DNA of 20,000 nucleotides from an uncultured virus (IMG/VR IMGVR_UViG_3300032665_002303) (taxonomy: Duplodnaviria; Heunggongvirae; Uroviricota; Caudoviricetes). Below the pieces are notes generated by a model. The model had not been told where the DNA came from and searched no databases. It was given only the letters and a program-made list of their open reading frames with translations. The position numbers and the translations under genes are program-made. Numbering within the stretch: the first letter of the stretch is position 1; the number at the start of each line of letters is the position of its first letter. Where the stretch lies: the IMG/VR virus record IMGVR_UViG_3300032665_002303; one strand, written 5' to 3'. This document shows positions 15,567-20,000 of this stretch, piece by piece.

Positions 15567-15594
15567 GAACGGAGCGTCGCCACCGCAGCTCAAT
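15567..15594 (+). repeat. Boundary site 22 (type A)
   Basis: GAACGGAGCG-TCGCCAC-CGCAGCTCAAT. Confidence 0.95.
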
Positions 15595-15818
15595 TATTCT
15601 CCTTCGCTGGCCCCAAAAACTTCTTTTTCGGTCTTTATTCCTTCCTCAACTACGGCCTCTAAAAAGCTATCTATAAAGGCTACTATACCGTTAAAGTGGC
15701 TTGTTTCTTCTTCTGTTAAGCATTCATCTCCTTCTTTCTCTATTAAGTCAAGGAGTGTATCTCTCTGCTTACGTAGCAAATTATAATCAGTTTTATTGGC
15801 AATTTCTAAGAGTAGCAT
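15594..15818 (-). CDS. Hypothetical protein (74 aa)
   Basis: ORF track. Confidence 0.75.
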   Translation of the reverse strand: MLLLEIANKTDYNLLRKQRDTLLDLIEKEGDECLTEEETSHFNGIVAFIDSFLEAVVEEGIKTEKEVFGASEGE

Positions 15819-15821
15819 ACA

Positions 15822-16052
15822 TTAAAAGTTTAAGGGATCAACAATAAAAGGACGTGTAGCATAGTTGGTATTATCTGCCGGGGAGGTAGCAACGCCTAAT
15901 ACTTTAGCGTGTGCCTGGGTTTCATCATATACCCTTATTCTTTCTGCTTCTACTGCTTCAAGGGGGTTTCTGCTGCGTATTATACGCTCTAACATGGATA
16001 ACTGTATATCCAGTTGTATTGTTTTTTGGTAAAGTTTTTCTGCTGGTGTCAT
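15822..16052 (-). CDS. Hypothetical protein (76 aa)
   Basis: ORF track. Confidence 0.75.
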   Translation of the reverse strand: MTPAEKLYQKTIQLDIQLSMLERIIRSRNPLEAVEAERIRVYDETQAHAKVLGVATSPADNTNYATRPFIVDPLNF

Positions 16053-16088
16053 TGTGTGTAAATTTTTTGGTTCAGAATGTTGAATATA

Positions 16089-16116
16089 ATTTAGCTGCGG
16101 TTGCGTCGCACTCTTG
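16089..16116 (-). repeat. Boundary site 23 (type B)
   Basis: CAAGAGTGCG-ACGCAAC-CGCAGCTAAAT. Confidence 0.95.
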
Positions 16117-16129
16117 TGCGTTCATATCT

Positions 16130-16627
16130 TTACCGGGCTATTCCCGGCAGGCGTTCTTCAAATGTTTTCTTATCCTGCTCGGCATCCTGTTTATTGTCGT
16201 ATCGGTATTCTTCCCCGTCTATTTTTAGTAGATACTGATCGAGCATGTAACGCTCTATTTCTATATCCGGCTCATATCCCACATTGGAGTATAGCCCGCT
16301 GATCCAGTCGCTGCTCAAATCGGAATGTAAAAATTCCTTTACATTTTCATTGTCCATATTTAGTATGTGCTGAAAGGTGTCATCTGCCGCAAACCCAACC
16401 AAATCAAGTGCCTGCTCAAAACCTTCCAGGTATTGTATAAATTCAGTTAATTTTAAAGGCTGGCATATTGCGGTAATATCTTCCCCCTGTGCCGTTTCAA
16501 GAAAGAACCTGTTTTTAACGCTGTTGATCTGCACGGTTATAGGCTGGTCAGATTGGAGGCCGGATAAGCGGGCGTTAATGTTTTTAATTAAAAGTTCCGG
16601 CATTTCGGTATTGAATTGATTTTCCAT
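16130..16627 (-). CDS. Hypothetical protein (165 aa)
   Basis: ORF track. Confidence 0.8.
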   Translation of the reverse strand: MENQFNTEMPELLIKNINARLSGLQSDQPITVQINSVKNRFFLETAQGEDITAICQPLKLTEFIQYLEGFEQALDLVGFAADDTFQHILNMDNENVKEFLHSDLSSDWISGLYSNVGYEPDIEIERYMLDQYLLKIDGEEYRYDNKQDAEQDKKTFEERLPGIAR

Positions 16628-16653
16628 TATTTTGTGTGTTTTGGTGTGAATTT

Positions 16654-17184
16654 TTATATGGCGGTCAGTTCTTGCAGTTTGTTCCAGTCGCTTTGTGCGT
16701 CGTGTTCATTATCATAGGTATATTCAAATAATTCCTCATTACCCATGCTGCGGAAGATAAGCTCCCATTGTTCCGGCTCTATTTGTGTTCTCCCGATATT
16801 ATCCAGGATATACGCCTCATTTTCGTTTACCTCTGCATTTCCCCAATCAAATTGTAATGATGGATGTTTGAAATCCGCCGAGGGAGTATTAAATACGGGT
16901 AATTTTTTTTCTTGTGATTTTACTACTCCGTCCATATATCCGTAAACCTGATAAATGTTTGCGTATCCGTAAATTATGGAATTAGTGCCCCTTTCGCCAT
17001 TTTGAGCAATCGCCCAATATTTACCCGCGCGTGGATCACTTTGCGTTAAATATATAGTGCCTGGCGTAGCGCAGATATATTCACGGTCTCCGTTTGGAGT
17101 ATCTAAAAAATAGTTGCGCTCACTTTTTATATTCAATGCAAGGCAATACTCTACAAACTTTGATTCTATAATTGACTTTTTCAT
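16654..17184 (-). CDS. Hypothetical protein (~176 aa)
   Basis: ORF track. Start placed at ATG 17184 (MKKSII), because the longer start spans site 24. Confidence 0.8.
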   Translation of the reverse strand: MKKSIIESKFVEYCLALNIKSERNYFLDTPNGDREYICATPGTIYLTQSDPRAGKYWAIAQNGERGTNSIIYGYANIYQVYGYMDGVVKSQEKKLPVFNTPSADFKHPSLQFDWGNAEVNENEAYILDNIGRTQIEPEQWELIFRSMGNEELFEYTYDNEHDAQSDWNKLQELTAI

Positions 17185-17220
17185 TTTGTGTACGTGTTTT
17201 GAGGTTGAAAATATACAGTT

Positions 17221-17247
17221 GAAGTGTGCGACGCAACGAAGTTTAAT
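17221..17247 (+). repeat. Boundary site 24 (type B)
   Basis: GAAGTGTGCG-ACGCAA-CGAAGTTTAAT, then N7-TGCAGCCGGCT. Confidence 0.95.
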
Positions 17248-17330
17248 TATAGGCTGCAGCCGGCTTAAAAAGAGTAAAAAGATAGGGTTCAAACGTTCCG
17301 GGTAACTACTCCGGAATACTTACAAACATC

Positions 17331-18011
17331 TTAGTTAATATTTTTCGCTACAGCGTACACATCGAATGTTTTGCCGCTACTTACACTTGACCATTCATAA
17401 CCTATGGACTTGAATATTGCAGGATAGCATGAAACACCCACGCCACCTTCAAAATATGGCTTAACGCCATAACCTGATCCGTAGCCAAACAAATTTTGAT
17501 TTTCTTTGATAATATTACTATCCTTTACAGTGTACAGCGCATTAAGCAGCTCGGAGCATTTATTTAGTGCTTGAGCTATAGCCGTAGATTCTTTGTCAAA
17601 TCCATAGCCAGTAATGCGGCCCGATTTATAGTTATCGCAGGTATTATCAGTAAAGCACACCCTAACAGATGCAGCCGGACAATTACCCCATGTGCGGCTC
17701 TTTGCCCATTCAACAGATATAGAAATACTAGAAATTACTTTTACGGCATCCGACACAGCCAAAACTTCAGACTTTACTTTTGATATTTTACCTTCCGTCT
17801 CTTTATTGATCCTTTTAGATAAGTAAGCGACCAGAGCGGATAATTCCCATTTTTTATTTAATGAGGCTGCGGTCATCATGCTTTTAAAACGCCAGTTAGA
17901 TAGTATTTCTTCGGTAGTTTTAATTCCCTGAAGCTCTGCTATTGTTTCGGTTGCAGATGTGGTAATTTTGCTAATCTCTGTAGCTGCGATGTTGAAGAAT
18001 TGATTTTTCAT
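17331..18011 (-). CDS. Hypothetical phage protein (226 aa)
   Basis: ORF track. Motifs WAKSRTWG, GYGFDKESTAIAQALN and PYFEGGVGVSC. Confidence 0.85.
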   Translation of the reverse strand: MKNQFFNIAATEISKITTSATETIAELQGIKTTEEILSNWRFKSMMTAASLNKKWELSALVAYLSKRINKETEGKISKVKSEVLAVSDAVKVISSISISVEWAKSRTWGNCPAASVRVCFTDNTCDNYKSGRITGYGFDKESTAIAQALNKCSELLNALYTVKDSNIIKENQNLFGYGSGYGVKPYFEGGVGVSCYPAIFKSIGYEWSSVSSGKTFDVYAVAKNIN

Positions 18012-18049
18012 TGTTTGTAAGTTTAGATTGTTAGTTATTGATTAGGATG

Positions 18050-18082
18050 TAAAGATATTGCGTATATGCGTACTGTGCAAGT
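18050..18082 (-). promoter_or_regulatory. Promoter with TGCGTATATGCG box (copy 1)
   Basis: -7-like TATCTTTA (18057-18050), box at 18059-18070. Confidence 0.6.
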
Positions 18083-18122
18083 AAATTTAAATGTATTTGT
18101 TTTTATAATGTGTTACTTGTTT

Positions 18123-18308
18123 TTACTCTTTGGCTGGTGCCGGTTCGTCGATGGAAAGAAGGTATGCTTTGCCAACTTTGCGGACAGATGTAAGGCCGGG
18201 TATTTTGTGCCATTGTGATTTATCAGCGGCTATTTCTTGTATGTACCTTTTTTTTCCAGGACTGCTGGGTCTGTTGAGGTTTATGTATTCTGTTATTGTC
18301 ATTTCCAT
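18123..18308 (-). CDS. Small putative DNA-binding protein (61 aa)
   Basis: ORF track. TITEY...RKVGKAYLL weakly resembles excisionase/MerR-type wing motifs. Confidence 0.55.
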   Translation of the reverse strand: MEMTITEYINLNRPSSPGKKRYIQEIAADKSQWHKIPGLTSVRKVGKAYLLSIDEPAPAKE

Positions 18309-18349
18309 TTCTCCGGTAGTTTATTTTTGGTTCAGAAGTTCAGTTATAA

Positions 18350-18377
18350 ATTAGGGGTTCGTTGCGTCGCACTCTTG
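18350..18377 (-). repeat. Boundary site 25 (type B)
   Basis: CAAGAGTGCG-ACGCAAC-GAACCCCTAAT. Confidence 0.95.
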
Positions 18378-18399
18378 TGCGGTTGGTAATTCTATTCGG

Positions 18400-18600
18400 C
18401 TATTCATAAATTATCTTACCGTCGTACTCTGCGGGGATTACATAGGCATCATAAATATTAACTAATGAGTCGGCAATCTCTCCGGCCTTACCTTTTGGAG
18501 CTAAGAGCGTTTCGGTTATTTCGTGAACGATTGCGCATGGTGTTCCATCGGTCATTTCATCAAATGTGATGTTGCCGAATATTATTAATGTCTTGTTCAT
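18400..18600 (-). CDS. Hypothetical protein (66 aa)
   Basis: ORF track. Confidence 0.7.
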   Translation of the reverse strand: MNKTLIIFGNITFDEMTDGTPCAIVHEITETLLAPKGKAGEIADSLVNIYDAYVIPAEYDGKIIYE

Positions 18601-18634
18601 AATTATAAATTGAGATGTTGAAAATATTAATTAA

Positions 18635-18880
18635 TCAAGGCTTTAAATGAAGCGCTAAAATAACGTTTAAATCTTCTGTATTTCCGCTCCATGTGCGACC
18701 ATCCGAAAAGGATATTTGTATGAGCGGTTGCTCGCGCTCTTTATATGTGTCGCCGCTTCAGGTGTATGCATCCATATGGATATAAATTCCGTTTGCGGTC
18801 ATTAATACAGATCCTTTCTGCTCGTTTTTAAATTGACCGCCCTTTACGCCCTGAGTAGTTACTTTTATTGACTTTGACAT
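18635..18880 (-). pseudogene. 81-codon gene with an internal in-frame TGA at 18758-18760
   Basis: Manual translation: MSKSIKVTTQGVKGGQFKNEQKGSVLMTANGIYIHMDAYT*SGDTYKEREQPLIQISFSDGRTWSGNTEDLNVILALHLKP. Confidence 0.65.
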
Positions 18881-18918
18881 GATTTAATATAATTTTAAGT
18901 GGTTGAAAATATGTTGTT

Positions 18919-18945
18919 GAAGTGTGCGACGCAACGAAGTTTAAT
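18919..18945 (+). repeat. Boundary site 26 (type B)
   Basis: GAAGTGTGCG-ACGCAA-CGAAGTTTAAT, then N7-TGCAGCTAAGT. Confidence 0.95.
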
Positions 18946-18974
18946 AGTAAGTTGCAGCTAAGTAAAAGAAGATT

Positions 18975-19370
18975 TTAAATAGAAAAACATAATTCATATT
19001 CATCAGGAATAACAAGAGAGCATTTAATACTCTTAACCCGCAGCGCACAATTTGCACCGATGGAAGTTATCACCTTTCCTACGAACAGATCCGATGTTAG
19101 TATTTCCTTTACTTGCTCCGTTTCAGAAGTAACCACAACAGGCGCAGCGTACAGCAAGTTAGACAAGCAAACCACGGCCGGAACATAACCCAGCAGGACA
19201 GAAAGAAACACAATAAAGGGTATTAGAGCCTTAGTATTATGTGCCTCGCAAATATCATGCGAATAAATAGCAGATCCATACCGAGCAGAAAGGGAGTAAA
19301 TAACAAACCCCACAAGCCCAGCAATGAGGACAGGAGCAAAGAGAACGGTTAATATTTTGGTGTGTTTCAT
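18975..19370 (-). CDS. Membrane protein (2 predicted TM segments)
   Basis: ORF track. Start placed at ATG 19370 (MKHTKI). Two hydrophobic stretches. Confidence 0.7.
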   Translation of the reverse strand: MKHTKILTVLFAPVLIAGLVGFVIYSLSARYGSAIYSHDICEAHNTKALIPFIVFLSVLLGYVPAVVCLSNLLYAAPVVVTSETEQVKEILTSDLFVGKVITSIGANCALRVKSIKCSLVIPDEYELCFSI

Positions 19371-19392
19371 AAATGCAATGTTTTTGCACCTC

Positions 19393-19422
19393 AAAACCCC
19401 GCAGCTTTGCAGCTATGCGGGG
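19393..19422 (-). terminator. Terminator-like hairpin
   Basis: CCCCGCA...TGCGGGG stem followed by TTTT on the minus strand. Confidence 0.55.
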
Positions 19423-19446
19423 CGAGAGTGCTTGTATATTTTATTA

Positions 19447-19731
19447 TTAATTGCTTTTTATTCCCATTCCTATTAAAATACCTCTTAAATACGTCTCCAT
19501 TTCGCTTGCTTTTTTACGACCTTCTACGTCGCTCATGCCCTTGAAAGGCGCACAATGGCCACCGCTTACAGTGCGAACCCTTACTAAACGGTATCCGCCA
19601 TAGTGCGAAGCGTATTCAGTAGTTAAATACGTTTCCTTTCCCATTTCAATTGCTTGGTTATAGCTTACAGCGTCGTTTGTTTCTGTAGCTATTTCGGATA
19701 CTAATAATGCGATCATTTTTGCAGGTGTCAT
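19447..19731 (-). CDS. Hypothetical phage protein (94 aa)
   Basis: ORF track. YGGYRL...SGG...YLRG motif. Confidence 0.8.
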   Translation of the reverse strand: MTPAKMIALLVSEIATETNDAVSYNQAIEMGKETYLTTEYASHYGGYRLVRVRTVSGGHCAPFKGMSDVEGRKKASEMETYLRGILIGMGIKSN

Positions 19732-19765
19732 AATTTGTAAGTTTAGTTACTGATTGATTAGACCA

Positions 19766-19797
19766 CAAAGATAGTGCGTATATGCGAACCAAACAAA
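19766..19797 (-). promoter_or_regulatory. Bacteroidota promoter with TGCGTATATGCG box (copy 2)
   Basis: TTTG (19797-19794), 20 bp, TATCTTTG (19773-19766). Box at 19775-19786. Confidence 0.7.
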
Positions 19798-19888
19798 CAA
19801 ATGGAAATAGAAATGTTTTCATAATACATATTGCACTAATGGCATGCCGTTTATTATATACCCCCCCCCAATAGAATTACCCCCAGCC

Positions 19889-19916
19889 GAAGAGTGCGAC
19901 GCAACAGACGATGATA
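19889..19916 (+). repeat. Boundary site 27 (type B)
   Basis: GAAGAGTGCG-ACGCAAC-AGACGATGATA. Confidence 0.9.
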
Positions 19917-20000
19917 GTAGGAGCAGCAGCTGGCAACCAAAGATAAAAACAAAGGGAGAAAGAAAGAAAGGATAAGAGATACAACGGCAGGAGGAAGGAA

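Noticed and set aside
18758..18760. Genome-wide stop codon reassignment
   Set aside because: TGA, TAG and TAA all terminate well-packed genes elsewhere, and terL is intact in code 11.
19861..19869. C9 homopolymer as a phase-variation tract
   Set aside because: It is intergenic and lies outside the identified promoter spacer. There is no evidence of function.
484..19916. CRISPR array interpretation of the ~28 bp repeats
   Set aside because: Copies are hundreds to thousands of bp apart, alternate in orientation, enclose whole genes, and no cas genes are present.
484..19916. Classical integron attC sites
   Set aside because: attC sites are in direct orientation, palindromic over 55-140 bp with RYYYAAC/GTTRRRY ends. 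These sites are short, mostly non-palindromic and alternate in orientation. No intI is in the window.
484..19916. Repeats as promoters or terminators
   Set aside because: They occur in both orientations relative to transcription, lack U-tracts, and separate canonical promoters and terminators are visible. An operator role is not fully excluded.
1..20000. Integrase/recombinase, reverse transcriptase, transposase or tRNA genes
   Set aside because: No ORF of suitable size shows tyrosine recombinase (R-H-R-Y), serine recombinase, DDE or RT motifs, and no cloverleaf was recognised. Any enzyme acting on the sites must be encoded elsewhere.

Overview
This is a phage or prophage segment from a Bacteroidota host, inferred from several TTTG-N19/20-TAnnTTTG promoters and A-rich, SD-less start regions. 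It encodes a large terminase (4425-6731), a possible small terminase (570-1232), an ASCH-like phage protein, a YopX protein, a RepL-like wHTH protein and about 35 small hypothetical ORFs. Most genes lie in a rightward block (4425-11624) that converges on a leftward block (11732-19731). The most notable feature is a dispersed family of at least 27 copies of a 27-29 bp site, plus 3 degenerate copies: [G/C]AACGGAGCG or [G/C]AAG[A/T]GTGCG, a 6-7 bp spacer [T/A]CGC[A/C]A(C), then a CGATGCTAAAT-like arm, often with a second arm copy 7-9 bp further on. The sites sit almost only at gene boundaries, mostly alternate in orientation, share identical right arms across left-arm types, and have a right arm resembling the XerD arm of dif. 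They divide the genome, including terL, into modules of 1-3 genes. This suggests a tyrosine-recombinase gene-cassette system analogous to pdif modules or integrons. That interpretation is inference: no recombinase is encoded in the window. Also present are a ~366 bp direct duplication preceding terS? and terL, inverted pairs of more canonical dif-like sites, and a gene interrupted by an in-frame TGA.
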